A DNA stretch of 64,000 nt, taken from assembly GCA_032718475.1 (NCBI GenBank), contig JAUCBJ010003953.1, positions 1 through 64,000 on the forward strand, in the 5' to 3' direction. Below the pieces are notes generated by a model. It worked only from the letters and a program-made list of their open reading frames with translations. It was not told the DNA's origin and did not search any database. The position numbers and the translations under genes are program-made. Source of the stretch: Nemertoderma westbladi (taxonomy: Eukaryota > Animalia > Xenacoelomorpha). This document shows positions 13,403 to 25,550 of this stretch, one piece after another; position 1 is the first letter of the stretch; each line of letters starts with the position of its first letter.

Positions 13403-14036
13403 TTAGAAAAAGTGTTACCGTCGATATTGCACCAGTTACACCGCAGTTATTCTTCAACCTTATAGTGATTTGTAGATACTATTGGAAAGCTGGCTATCCA
13501 AGGATTCCAATTATGTAAAAATATTTGAATTTGATTGGGAAATAGCAGAGATATGGGCATTCGAATGTTGCATGTATTTGCATCCCCTACAGGCCATTTA
13601 TTCTATTTAATAAAATACATCAACAAAATCTAGAACTTTACTCGTATTAATCCATTATCTGGAATTTATATTTATTGATGGCCCGAAGTATATCTAACTG
13701 GTACGAGTCATGCACATAATATCCTGTGTTCGGTCAATTGTGCGATTTTTATTATTATTTATTTATTTATTCCATTTATTTATTTGATACAAGAACATGG
13801 ATCGAGAATTACAATATAAAGTTAGTTAAAACAATTAGTATTTAATTAAAAATTAAATAGAATAAATGGCCTGCAGCGGAAGAAAATACATGACATGCAA
13901 CATTCGAATGCTCAGATCTCACATATTTAAACCAAATTCAAAACAGCCAGCTTTCCACTAGTACCAACAAATCACTACGGTTAATGAATAACTGCGGTGT
14001 AACTGGTGCAATAACCCTGGAGACACTTTTTTCTAA
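13403..14036. mobile_element. Foldback-like MITE with about 200-bp inverted arms
   Basis: Three inverted matches: TATTGCACCAGTTACACCGCAGTTATTC vs GAATAACTGCGGTGTAACTGGTGCAATA; CATTCGAATGTTGCATGT vs ACATGCAACATTCGAATG; CAGGCCATTTATTCTATTTAAT vs ATTAAATAGAATAAATGGCCTG. Confidence 0.85.
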
Positions 14037-14567
14037 CGCTTGTACCTAAAGAATGAAAGCGAAAATAACAATTCTTGCTCACCAATGGAGGAGGGAAGAG
14101 AACATAAAACTATCTCTGTTTCAAACTTTTAATCTAATTAAGATTTTTTTTGGGGGGGGGGGGGGGGGGGGTGGGGTTCCACGTGTTAAGTGTCACACGT
14201 TCATCGATAACTTTTAACGTAAAAATGCAACACATATTATTATTATTATTGTATTGTAAGACGTGTACCGGTACTTCTCAAGAACAGATTTACAATTTAT
14301 GTAAGTCTGCAATTAATGTAATTGGATTAATTGGACAGTGTGCCCAATTACAAATCAATTAATATTTTGATACGTTACAGAAAATGGCTTTATAAAGAAA
14401 TAAAAACATATCTATATAGTAACAAGATACTGGATGCAGTGCCATAATACGAGTCTGATGGAATATATTCAACGCGCATCGAACATAATTATAGAAACTT
14501 GACAATTTGTAGTCTAATTATACCACTTAACATATTATCTCCCTCTAATATCCCACGTTTTCAGCTG

Positions 14568-15956
14568 TCAGTATCTCTTTCCTTTCATTATCTGCGGTTT
14601 CCAGTTTAGTGGATGACTTTCTTCGGTAGCCGAATCGTCTTCCTTATAAATCTTTATAGTTTTATCGGCCTCGGTGGTGAGCAATCGGGAGCCGCTCATA
14701 TCGAAAGTCATCGCGAATATCCCGTTCTCGGAGTCCAAGGAACCGGGTTGCGGGGCTGTCTGCAGTCTCTGGAAGCAGTACCCCGACCGCCAGTCCCAAA
14801 GGTGCATGGATCCGTTGTCGGCCGCGGAAACAAGAACCCCGTCCTCATTCACGCACAGCGCGTTCACTATCGCGTTGTGTCCGGAAAGATTCTGCATAAA
14901 ATCTCCGCCCGGGAACTTCCACTGTTTTATGTTGTCGGGTCCGGCCGACGCGAAAGTGAACTGTACGGGATGCATCGCCAACGCGCGGACGCTCTTCTTG
15001 TGATTAGTGAGTGTAGACAGCGTCCTTCCGGCGACTAAGTCCCACAGTCGTACCGTGGTGTCGTGGCTCCCGCTGACCACCTGCGGGTCCACCGCCTGGG
15101 TCCGCACGCTAGACACCGTGTTTGTGTGTCCCGTGAGTGTGTGGACGCACGACTTAGTGCGGATGTCCCAGATGCGGACCGTGGAGTCCCTCCCGCATGT
15201 AGCAAGCACGTCCACGCTAGGGTGCAACGACATATCGTAACAAGCGCTTAAATGTCCGTGGTAATGGCGGACCACTTTGTTCTGCTCCAAGTCCCAACAT
15301 TTAACCTGTTTATCCTCCCCGCAGGAGAACAGATATGGGTGTCTAGGGGACACGGCTAGTCCCCGCACAGAGCTTACGTGTCCCGTGAGGGACAGCTTTA
15401 GTTTGGCTGTCGCGAGGTCCCAAATCTTTATGGTTCTATCGGCGGAACCGGTAACGAACCACTGGTTCCCCGGTTCTACCGCGACGCAACGCACCCAGCC
15501 TCCGTGGCCGGAGACAACCCGGTAGAGACGCCAAGGGGGGTGCCACACCGGGCGCGGGGCGGTGGGCGCTCGGGCTGCTCGACTTGCTAGCTGCTGGGCC
15601 TGGAGAGCCGGGGACGGTACAGCGGCAGCCAGTCCCGAGGGCGGTGCGGTGGTGATTGCCGCGGTCTGTGTCGCAGGGAGGAGTGCCTTGGGTTGCTGCA
15701 GTCCGGCTATAGCGAGCTGTTTACTGGGGCCCAGGCCCAGCTCTTTCGCGAGCGGTTTACCAGCCGACTGAGCGAGGCTGGAGGCGTTGTTTAGCAAGGG
15801 TCCGTATTGGTCCTTGGCTTTAACGCTGAGGCGAATTTGATTAGCGTTTGCGTCGTTGGTAGGCAGACCTGACTGTTCCGATAGAAACATATCGTAGGAA
15901 CGTTTTAGGGAACGGAAGACCAAGGTGTGAACCGAATGTTTCTGGATATCTTCCAT
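14568..15956 (-). CDS. PLRG1: Pleiotropic regulator 1 (Prp46 orthologue; WD40 subunit of the Prp19/CDC5L complex), 462 aa, intronless CDS
   Basis: N-terminus [19 protein letters not shown], then P.WHPPW.LYRV.SGH.GWVR, seven WD40 repeats, and C-terminus [20 protein letters not shown] are all diagnostic of animal PLRG1. Confidence 0.97.
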   Translation of the reverse strand: MEDIQKHSVHTLVFRSLKRSYDMFLSEQSGLPTNDANANQIRLSVKAKDQYGPLLNNASSLAQSAGKPLAKELGLGPSKQLAIAGLQQPKALLPATQTAAITTAPPSGLAAAVPSPALQAQQLASRAARAPTAPRPVWHPPWRLYRVVSGHGGWVRCVAVEPGNQWFVTGSADRTIKIWDLATAKLKLSLTGHVSSVRGLAVSPRHPYLFSCGEDKQVKCWDLEQNKVVRHYHGHLSACYDMSLHPSVDVLATCGRDSTVRIWDIRTKSCVHTLTGHTNTVSSVRTQAVDPQVVSGSHDTTVRLWDLVAGRTLSTLTNHKKSVRALAMHPVQFTFASAGPDNIKQWKFPGGDFMQNLSGHNAIVNALCVNEDGVLVSAADNGSMHLWDWRSGYCFQRLQTAPQPGSLDSENGIFAMTFDMSGSRLLTTEADKTIKIYKEDDSATEESHPLNWKPQIMKGKRY

Positions 15957-16341
15957 TATATTAGTTTAACAACAATGATGTTGAACTTGAATGCTTGAAG
16001 TGACGGCAACGCGACACCAATTTACCAGTTTACAGTACCCTGGTACCGGTATTCAGGTACCGGTATTGCAGGCAGGCAGGAGTCCCAAGAAAATAATCTA
16101 GGTAGACTGAAGATGGTTACCCGGTATGGTTATACAGAATACCAGAATACAGGAATATAAACTAAAATAATTAGGCTACCGGTATTAGTCATATATTACC
16201 GGTAACACTATACAGCTATATGCTGTACCGGTAATATTAATAATAATAATATAATTAATTTAATAAAAATTTTTGCTGAATTTCGTTGTCAGTAAAGAAG
16301 GCCTAATAGTTTGATATTCACTGCAGCACTGCCTCAGTGCC

Positions 16342-16563
16342 TCATTGATAATACAACTCAAGATTCATTCCATCGTGTATCTCGTAGTCTCCCAGAGTTA
16401 TATGATCTTTGAATATTGTGTACCACTTCTTTAGAACGATCTTCTCTGATCGCGTTCCGGTCTGCGCGGCAACCAGCTTCTTGAGATCGCCGATTGTATC
16501 GTCTGGGTTACATTTCACTCGGACTTTCTTACCGAGTCTATCATTACAGGTAATTTCAATCAT
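16342..16563 (-). CDS. UBL5: Ubiquitin-like protein 5 (Hub1), 73 aa, intronless CDS
   Basis: [35 protein letters not shown]...[30 protein letters not shown] is near-identical to UBL5, including the length and the YYQ end. Confidence 0.98.
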   Translation of the reverse strand: MIEITCNDRLGKKVRVKCNPDDTIGDLKKLVAAQTGTRSEKIVLKKWYTIFKDHITLGDYEIHDGMNLELYYQ

Positions 16564-18392
16564 TTTACTGTTTTGTTATTAATTTATCTACTGACAGACT
16601 GAATACAGGTATTAGCAATACTGTAATAGGCAGATAGGCCTATCAATGAATGCCTAGCCTATCAAATAGACAGTACCGGTACCGGAGTACCGTCTGACCG
16701 TGCGTATGTCAGTACGTACTGCCGTAGTACTGTAGTACTGCATACTGTAGTAGGCCTATACGTTTGTACGTGTACCGGTACGGTTAGTACGGTGGTATAT
16801 CAATCATCTGATCATGGACATCTGCAGATCGAGATCTGACATCGTACCACTGGTACCTGTAGGCGGTACGTACCAGTACTAAAAGGTAGAACGATCTATA
16901 ACGGGCTATAATGATCTATAACGGGCTATAACAAACTTTAAGTACGGTACCTATAACGAGCTATAATCTGAAAATTACAATAAAAAAACATATTTTAGGA
17001 TGGATTTATTTTCCTAGTCCGTAATTTAATTACGCAATTTGGTTTTTTAGTCCATAATGCTTTTCCAGTATCAAGGTTAACATTTTCAAAAAATTTCCTT
17101 AGAGTTGACCTCTGAATATTAGACTGTTAAGTAGGTAGCCTACTCCTACTGCTGCACTGTATTAATGTTAAAATTTCCGAAAAATGTCCTTGTGTTAGCG
17201 CTTTTAGTAAATTACATATGTTCTTCCAATCTCAATTTCATATATTTTGACTTGTTTGATATTTATCATATTATATCATATTATTATACACCTGTCAACA
17301 AGGACCGCTCACTGTATCGATCACTTCCATTTCCCTTCCTTCTCATGTATTGATTGGCTCTATAACTTATTTGGTTCGATACGGTATTTGATTATATATT
17401 GTATTTGACTGAGATACTATACCGGGAGGGTGTGACAACAAAGTATAACAAGTAAATGACTGACTAATTAATTCTGTAAGGACTAACGTAATTAATTTAT
17501 GACAACTCTCAATCGTGATACAAGAATATCAATTAATAATGATATTAGGGCAAATATAATTAACTTAACAATTATACTTAAGACATAAAGACATGTAATA
17601 AACACCACTTTTCAGTAATCTGACGGTGTTTTATTGCATGAGCCTGAGAAGTAAATTCATCAGCAGGACACAGATTACAAGTGGTTGAATAGGCTAACCA
17701 ACGAATATTTTATACTAGGTAGAGTTAATAGAATAATTTGGACCAATGATAGATCACGCACTCCATTGAAGTTTACAGGTTATACGGATCAGTTCGAATA
17801 TAGGTATAATAGCACTAGATGGCGTAAGAACCTTTACTAGATAATAATTTGTAAGAAATAATCAATATGACACCGTAACTGGTCCTTTATCAATAAATAT
17901 ACAGTATTTTGGGTAAATTGGTGAAATAAGTAATTTTAAAGGCAGGATTTATAACTGCAGCAACACCTTGGTCCGCTACCCTCGCATTTTAATGTTAAAA
18001 TACTGTAGCGTATTGCAGTCAGGCAGTATTTTATTATAAAATGATAACTGATTAATTACAATTATTGCAAAATTTCATGTCCAATGGCTGGCGCGCACTG
18101 AATGTCATGGTTGGCGCGCTTTTCGTTTAACCAGAACCGGTGTGGCGCGCCTTTTGTCAGTATTCCATATAGGACATACGTACGGATAATTCTCCATACG
18201 AATCCATTACATGTGTACATACTCAGATACTGCAAACTCGTACTGTCGTATATCCCTCCTGCCTTTGGATTACTAGGCCCTTTTCTGCTTTTTCACCCCC
18301 CCCCCCCCCCCCCCCCCCCTAGTGCCTAGTAATCCTGTAATCCGTGGGAAACAAGTAGGCCTACGCCTACATACGGATACGGCAAATGCATA

Positions 18393-19362
18393 CCGGTGTA
18401 ACAGGAAAATATGCCCCCCCCCCCCCCCCCGGGAAATGTGCCCGGGGGGGCATATTTTCCTAGGAAAAAATGCCCCCCCCGGGCAAATTTCCCTAGGAAA
18501 AAATGCCCCCCCTTAGGAAATTATGCCCCCCCCCCTGAATTATACAATAAATAAAACTTAGCCTATTACTACTAAAACTTACAAAAATTATACAAAACAA
18601 TAAACAGTCACTTTACCAAATGAAGGAAAGGAGCAGGTTACAAAGGCAGGCCTTTCTAACCAAAACAATAAACGATCATTTAACTAATTGAGGGAAAGGA
18701 GCAGGTTACACAGGCGGGATTTTCTAACCAAAACAATAAACAGTCACTTTAGCAAATCAGGGAAAGGAGCAGGTTACAGAGACGGGATTTTCTAACCAAA
18801 ACAATAAACGATAACATTACCAATTGAGAGAAAGGAGCAGGTTACAGAGGCGGGATTTTCTAACCAAAACAATAAACAATCACTTTACCAAATCAGGGAA
18901 AGGAGCAGGTTACAGACTTAAAAAAGCTTGGAGCTGCTCGGCGCCCACACAACACCACACACTCACACTGCTGTTATACCAGTACTTACTACAGCTGTAC
19001 AGTAGCCTACTGACTTAGATACTTCAGTATGCTGTTCTACATCCCTTACTGCCTTACCTGCTTACCTACCGGCAGACCGGTACCGTACTATTCTTCCGAC
19101 TATTACAAGTTCTGCAGTTGGTAGATTAAAAGTGGCTACCAGCAGACCGCAGGACCGGTATCGTACCAGTTTTCAGACTTTTGAGGGGGGCTAATTTTCC
19201 TGAGGGGAGGCATTATTTCCTAAGGAGAAAATCCCCCCCCCCCCCCCCCCGGGCTAAATTTCCTAGGAAAAATTGCCCGGGGGGACATAATATCCTAGGA
19301 AATAATGCCCCGGGCAGCCGGGGGGCATATTCTAGGGGGGGCTGATTTCCTTGTGACACTGG
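18393..19362. mobile_element. MITE with short TIRs, subterminal CCTAGGAAA/ATGCCCCC repeats and an internal 68-bp tandem array
   Basis: Left end CCGGTGTAACAGGAAAAT and right end ATTTCCTTGTGACACTGG. Repeated GGGGGGCATATTTTCCTAGG-type units at both ends. Confidence 0.75.
18593..18916. repeat. 68-bp tandem repeat, about 5 copies (GGAAAGGAGCAGGTTACAGA...TTTTCTAACCAAAACAATAAAC...)
   Basis: The motif starts at 18625, 18693, 18761, 18829 and 18897, with two linker variants alternating. Confidence 0.9.
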
Positions 19363-19492
19363 CACTGTGACTGTACTGACTGATCACTGATACGGTGAAA
19401 AGTTATACCATAATTGCAAATTGGTAGGCCTAATGCTGTAATGTGTGTGTTGTGTAGGGCTGTAGGGTAGGCCTAAATAAGTTTAATAATAA

Positions 19493-20452
19493 ATGGATAA
19501 TCCAGTTAAATACGCGGGAACCCCATTTAAATCCCTTGACACTTTCGCGTCAATGTGGGAAGAATTTGCTACTCATGTGACTCCGACACCACCCCCGAGA
19601 CTGCGGGAGTCCCGGGATACGGATACTCTCATCGTCACCCCGGGTAAAACAGGCACGACGTGGGTCCAACAGATGGTCCACCAGCTGAGAACCGGCGGGG
19701 ACGACGAGTTCGATGAGATCGATTCGGTAGTCCCGTATCTGCCGCCTCAATGGATCGACTATGATATTAATATAAATGTCGAACAGAAATGGTTTCCGAG
19801 GTGTTTTAAGAACCACGATACGTACGAATGGGTACCTAAAGGATGCCGATATATCTATATAATACGTGACCCGGTAGACACTATGTATTCAATGTATCGC
19901 TTCCTTGCACCCATGTTGGGAATAGAAACAGGGAATTTCAACCAGGATTTTGAAAACTTTATCGATTCTGCTCTTATCCGCTACAAAGATGCCGCTTTTC
20001 TCGATTATTGGGGAAACTTGGCTTCGTGGATTCCGCATTATTCCGATCCCAATCTACTCTGGTTACATTACGAGGATTTGCATGAAGATATTGGATTTTG
20101 TCTCGAAAAGGTTTCCAGGTTTATTGGTATTCCTTTCACTCGGGAATTAAAAGATTTAGTTCTGCACAGATCGTCTTTCAATTATATGAGTTCCAATATT
20201 GATAAGTTTGACGACCGCCCGTCCCAGACGCTCTTCCATCTCGCTGTCCTCAAACACAAACCCGAAGAATTGGATCGATTTTTAACACCCAAAGTTCGCC
20301 TTGATGGTGGCGGCATTGGCCAGGGGAAGTCGAATATTTCTCAGAAAATCGTCGATAAAATAGACGAGGCTTGGCGGAAATTTGTTTCACCGACTTCGGG
20401 GTTTAATAACTACAAAGAAATGAGAGAAAAGTTATCTATTTTAAAACCCTAA
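19493..20452 (+). CDS. Soluble PAPS-dependent sulfotransferase (Sulfotransfer_1 fold), 319 aa, intronless CDS
   Basis: 5'-PSB loop TPGKTGTTW, catalytic His in FKNH, 3'-PB motif YIIRDPVDTMYS, LHYEDL, SSFNYM, and a C-terminal KVR...GG.G.GK loop. Confidence 0.92.
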   Translation: MDNPVKYAGTPFKSLDTFASMWEEFATHVTPTPPPRLRESRDTDTLIVTPGKTGTTWVQQMVHQLRTGGDDEFDEIDSVVPYLPPQWIDYDININVEQKWFPRCFKNHDTYEWVPKGCRYIYIIRDPVDTMYSMYRFLAPMLGIETGNFNQDFENFIDSALIRYKDAAFLDYWGNLASWIPHYSDPNLLWLHYEDLHEDIGFCLEKVSRFIGIPFTRELKDLVLHRSSFNYMSSNIDKFDDRPSQTLFHLAVLKHKPEELDRFLTPKVRLDGGGIGQGKSNISQKIVDKIDEAWRKFVSPTSGFNNYKEMREKLSILKP

Positions 20453-21930
20453 ATAAAATCTAGCCTCATATTTTCTCCGTCAAAATATTTCTCGCTTGCC
20501 ACAAGTAATCATGAGCACGATCACTAAATTTAGGTAAAATGTAGTGCGAAGTTAAATTACTGGTGAAAACGAAATACAGTAAGACCTCTGTTTGTAATCA
20601 ATATTCAAAATTATTGGTACGTTGTGTTTTGCGATAGGAATGTTTGGCTGTATTTTAAAACTCGTAAAATTACACTGCAAGGCGTTTTCAATGAAACTTT
20701 TATTAAAAAGAAACTATCTTTATTGTAAAAATGCACAAAGTAGGCCTATAGCATTCAATTTGACTAGTGACTACGCTTGACATTGTGTGCATAATAACAT
20801 TGTGTTATTATGCAGTAGCCGCGCAATGAAGCAAAGTGGTGTTTGACTTTAAGCTGTACCGGCATCGGACCTAACTCATTTGCTGTGCCAGGGCTACTCT
20901 AGTGGATTCTCAACCTCCGTAAAAGCAGTTGTTAATAACCTTACCCGCACCCGCCGTATAAAGTCACCCGCTGTATAAAGTTATATATTATGCACATCCT
21001 CTACGGTACCGGTACCGGTACTGTCTTACAGTACTGCTATTATAGAACCTGTGGTAGTTGGAACGATACCCGATGGGTAAAGTACCTATACCCATGTGTT
21101 TAACTGGGAAAATGACAAATTTACTTCTGGACTCCGACTACAAAATTCAGTAATATTTTGTAGCCGCCATGCATACAGTAACATACAGTATATTGGATTA
21201 ACTTAATATTTGGTCATATATTTAATATTTGTAGAATTTTATTGTAAAATAATTCAGCCAGTTTACCCGCTGAAGTTTTAATCTATTTAATTAGTGTGTT
21301 GTACTTGTGTGTTTGGTCATAGAAAATCATGCATCTGCTATTAATTTATTAAAATATAGCCGCGGGATTTTTAGTATGTAATTAATATTATTATTCAATT
21401 ATGTTGTATTTTTATAATTATTACTTGCATTATGTTTTTTATGCAATGTAATGGTTTAGTATTGTTAACATTTTAATTGTCACTTAATATTATATAAAAT
21501 CAAACAAATAAATAAGTAAATAGAATATTATTTAATAATTTATTTTTATTTACTATGAACAATTTTCCGATTTAGTCAGTTATTAAGGCACAGTTTTACT
21601 AATTATAATTTGGACTGGGAGTCGCATAATAAAATTAAAATTGGGTTAATGACAGGATCAGATAAATAGTTGTTGAGAATCTTCGTCCACCTCACTGACG
21701 ATCCCCAATAAGAGTTAAACGCGATAAACTTTATTACAATTTATTTACAACAATTTACTGTATTTGTATGTGTCAATTTCTTATATATGTTTAGTTGTTT
21801 GTTGGATTAAATAAAATTTCCTAAATAAATTTAAGCTTTGCTTGATTTAAATTTGCTTCTTTACATTATGTTAGTAGGTGAAGAAACTATACTCTACTAG
21901 GGTTTCAGACATTATATTGGTTGGTTAATC

Positions 21931-24615
21931 ATGTATCGATATATTATTTGTAAATGGGACACATATTTACTGCCCAATCGAATAACGTCCCGTGGGATTC
22001 GTAGATTACGGGGAGTTCAAACTATTCGTACTAGAAAACCTATTCCTTCAAATGAAATCTTTGAATTCGACAGATTTGATGCTGATGCGACGATAATAAA
22101 GTTTCTTGCATCGAGTGGGATTTCAGTTCTAAACAAAGATTCTATGAGCAACGAACAACAATGGGACAAAGAACCAATGAGATTAACTATTGATAAACCG
22201 CGACATAAAATTCCTATAGGTCTACCGATATCCGAAATAAATGGAAATATATATTCTGTTAATGGCGATAATGTTGACATGACTCATAAGCAACCTAACC
22301 AATCATATATGGCGAAACGGAATGATGACATTGGTGACTGGTGGGAAATGCTCAAACTACTAAGCGATAAGCCAAGACAGACGAAAACCAAAAAGCCTAA
22401 AGCTGTAAAAACTAAAAAATTACAAATAGAAGGTAATACTTCGGAACATAGTGGGACAATAATCCGCCATACTACTCCGGGGTATAATACGGAAGGTAGT
22501 GCCTCGATCATTGGGGAAAGTACACAACAAAAGGCACGTATCAAAAGTAACAAAAAGAAAATTAAACTTCAAACGGAAAATTTAATACCAACAGTTAATA
22601 ATCAAGTCTCACCACATGAAGGCAATGTTAATACAAATTCGAAACTAGAAAAACGCAATGGAAAACACCAAAATCAAGGCAAACTTCCGACTGATAGTTT
22701 CATAAAAAACCGTAAGACCGGTATGTATGGTGACCCTGATGTTTTTGGAACTCTTCGGCACACTAAATGTAGGGACAATTTACCGAACAACCACACGTTT
22801 TACTTTCCGACTCCACGGGAACAACAACAGGATGATAATTTCCAAATTTCTCAATATATCAAACTTCCTGAACCATCTTCATATGGCTTTCCGATCAGCA
22901 AAAAGGAAAAATCTTTGAAACTGTTGCTTAAAATGGAGGATGGCGAAAAGGAAAATGAGAAAGAAGTTGAATTTATAAACAGGAGAATGACTCCGCATTG
23001 GTTTCATTACGCGATAAAAAAACTCGAAAAGTTAGACAAACTGCCCGAAGCTATAGACTTGTTCGAGAGAGTTGCCATGAAAGTACGAAATATCCCTCCG
23101 TTGGAAGTGAATTACACAGTTCTTATGGGTTTCTGCGGCCGTAAGGGCTATTCTGATAAGGCGTTCGAACTGTTTCAATCCATGAAAGATAACGAAGTAA
23201 AACCATCAGTAGCGACCTACACTGCTCTCTTGAACTCTTGTGCTAATGCACCCGGCGACGACTCCAACAGAGTAGACGAAGTAAGGACTGGGATGCGACA
23301 GCTAGGGGTGGTACCCAACCGCATTCACTTACACGCCATGATGAAGGCATACGCTTTCAAGGGTCACTTTGCCAAAGTCATGGAAGTCTACAGGGAGATG
23401 TTAACCTTGGGGTTCAATCCAACAGCCGAAACTATGTCCTTCGTGCAAATGGGTTGCATTGGAAACAAAGATGAAGGCTTTCGGTACATGATATACCTTT
23501 GGCACGAGATGAAGAAATCGTCAATATCCCCTAATTTTTGCAATTTTAATTTGCTGCTTCGTGCTGCCAGAGACTGTAATTTCGCAGAGGGACAAGTGCC
23601 GCTTCTTCTTTCTCAAATATCCCGTGGTTTTCTTCCATCAAATGATCATATTCGTGGAGACTCAGGTGAGCAGATGTTACCTGACAATATGAACAAAAAA
23701 CATATCGACTCAGATAATCAGACCCGTCTAACTGACCAACCAGCTCGGGAAGTTGTAACACATGATGGTAATGGTGGTGTTTCTACGAAGACGACCAACA
23801 ATGCTGTTCTGAACCAGAACACAGCCATCCGACTTCCAACCAGTCTCACCTTGCTGCCTGGTGCCTCTCTACCCAGTCAGCTCATCTCAATTGGCGGGGC
23901 GAACACGCCCCAAGAACGGTTGCAGTTACTAGGCGGATTACAAGGAGTCTTATCCGAAATGAACCTTCATAAAATTAAACCCAACTTAAAAACCCTAACT
24001 TTACTTGCATTCTGTATAAACCCGCAAAGTGATGACGACATGAACACGCTGATAAAACTCGCAAAAAAACAGCGGATAAAGTTGGATGTTCATTTTTTCA
24101 ACACGCTCTTACGTATTCGTGTAAGAAGTAACTCGTATGACGGTATTACTGTGGTTCTTGAGACCATGAAGAAGCATCATTGTGTCCCAGATATCAAAAC
24201 ATTCGCAAATTTGGCCAGACAATGCAAACGGATAGACCAAGCAGAAAAACTCTTCAGCGAAATTGACGGACACGGTATTCCTCTGAACGTGCAAACATTC
24301 CGCGCTGTTATCCTCTCAGGAATAAAGAATCCCCCGTATCTGTGTTGGATTCTCAGAGAGATGAGTCGTCGAAAGATACAGCCGAATAAATCCGTGATTG
24401 ACATATTGGAGCCGTTGGGGTTGTTCGCGAATAGGCGACAAATGGAGGAGGAGATTGGCGAGCGGAGATTGAAGCAGTGGGATATATTTCGGAGACAATA
24501 CAGAAGTTGGTTGAAGGTGGCTGTGTTAGAGGAAGAGCATCCGTGGGATAAGTTCAAGCCCATCGACTGGAAGACAGAACCGAGTAGAATAGATGAAGTA
24601 ATAGATCTAGTATGA
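21931..24615 (+). CDS. PTCD1: Pentatricopeptide repeat-containing protein 1, mitochondrial, 894 aa, intronless CDS
   Basis: D.FGTL, TPHWF, EAIDLFER, NYTVLMGFCGRKGY..KAF.LF..MK....PSVATYTALLNSC, FNLLLRAARDC, RLQLLGGLQG.L..M....IKP..KTLTLL and C-terminal HPW.KF follow the PTCD1 motif order. The start Met is plausible but unverified. Confidence 0.88.
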   Translation: MYRYIICKWDTYLLPNRITSRGIRRLRGVQTIRTRKPIPSNEIFEFDRFDADATIIKFLASSGISVLNKDSMSNEQQWDKEPMRLTIDKPRHKIPIGLPISEINGNIYSVNGDNVDMTHKQPNQSYMAKRNDDIGDWWEMLKLLSDKPRQTKTKKPKAVKTKKLQIEGNTSEHSGTIIRHTTPGYNTEGSASIIGESTQQKARIKSNKKKIKLQTENLIPTVNNQVSPHEGNVNTNSKLEKRNGKHQNQGKLPTDSFIKNRKTGMYGDPDVFGTLRHTKCRDNLPNNHTFYFPTPREQQQDDNFQISQYIKLPEPSSYGFPISKKEKSLKLLLKMEDGEKENEKEVEFINRRMTPHWFHYAIKKLEKLDKLPEAIDLFERVAMKVRNIPPLEVNYTVLMGFCGRKGYSDKAFELFQSMKDNEVKPSVATYTALLNSCANAPGDDSNRVDEVRTGMRQLGVVPNRIHLHAMMKAYAFKGHFAKVMEVYREMLTLGFNPTAETMSFVQMGCIGNKDEGFRYMIYLWHEMKKSSISPNFCNFNLLLRAARDCNFAEGQVPLLLSQISRGFLPSNDHIRGDSGEQMLPDNMNKKHIDSDNQTRLTDQPAREVVTHDGNGGVSTKTTNNAVLNQNTAIRLPTSLTLLPGASLPSQLISIGGANTPQERLQLLGGLQGVLSEMNLHKIKPNLKTLTLLAFCINPQSDDDMNTLIKLAKKQRIKLDVHFFNTLLRIRVRSNSYDGITVVLETMKKHHCVPDIKTFANLARQCKRIDQAEKLFSEIDGHGIPLNVQTFRAVILSGIKNPPYLCWILREMSRRKIQPNKSVIDILEPLGLFANRRQMEEEIGERRLKQWDIFRRQYRSWLKVAVLEEEHPWDKFKPIDWKTEPSRIDEVIDLV

Positions 24616-24946
24616 TTCTCCTTTACGCTATGGCGGGTGCAAACGATCGATTCATGTAATAACAAAAAAACTTGAAGGGCAGAGTGTTGCAATTAGAATA
24701 CAACAACAACTACATACAGACTAACCGTTTTATTTAAACTTAATTTTATCTGAAAAGTTATCTCTCACTAAACCACTTAAGGCGACCATTAACCCCCACT
24801 TTCATGTGGTGATATTTTTTATATTAAAAAATTATTGAAATTTTTTCGAAAAACTTTGGCTATTTTCAATGTTTTCATCGATTAAATATGAAAAATTAAA
24901 AAAATTAATACCAGGTAGAGTCCAAAAATGCACATAATTTTTTGTA

Positions 24947-25401
24947 AGGGGCGTTCATAAAGTATGTCACGCACTAGGGGGGGGGGGGGGGGGGGTCAAG
25001 CTTGCGTGGCATTTTATGACAGAGTTGGTGTCGGTCACGGCGATGTTATGCTTTAATTTTAGCTTAACACATTTTTAGATGAGTTGGTAACTTTAAAGAA
25101 AACACTAAACTTAATAACTAAATAATATAATAACAATAAAATAACTAAATTCAAGTGACCACTTGACTTGCCAGTGGGAAAATGTAGATAGTGATTCAAT
25201 ATATTGTATTTTGGCATAACAAACATTGTGTATTATTGACATAAAATATTTTTTGTCGGGGGGGGGGGGGGGGGGGGGGGGTATTGCAATTTACTAAATG
25301 TGACAGGGGGAGGGGGTGTAGAGCTTGCATGATACTTTGTGACAGTGGGGGGAGGCGAAGGGTCAAAAATCGGGAAAATTTGCGTGACATACTTTATGAA
25401 C
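24947..25401. mobile_element. MITE, possibly PIF/Harbinger-like
   Basis: GTTCATAAAGTATGTCACGCA (24953-24973) and TGCGTGACATACTTTATGAAC (25381-25401) form a perfect 21-bp inverted repeat. Internal poly-G tracts and TGTGACAG repeats. The superfamily call is tentative. Confidence 0.75.
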
Positions 25402-25550
25402 TTGCGGCGTTTTGTCATTGCATAGATAAATAATAAGAAATTGCACATACGGTTTTATTGAAATTAGTATCTTTTTGACTATTCTTTTTTTCCCGCCACA
25501 CCTCATCAACAAAGAGTTCATAGAACGAATTGTCATTGGTCATATGCAAG

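Noticed and set aside
17250-17695. Solo LTR with AATAAA hairpin and a PBS-like TGG after ...TTACA
   Set aside because: There is no second LTR, TSD or internal coding sequence; suggestive only.
21690-21730. Hammerhead ribozyme (CTGACGA...)
   Set aside because: The required GAAA core after stem II is missing (reads TTAAAC) and the stems are unconvincing.
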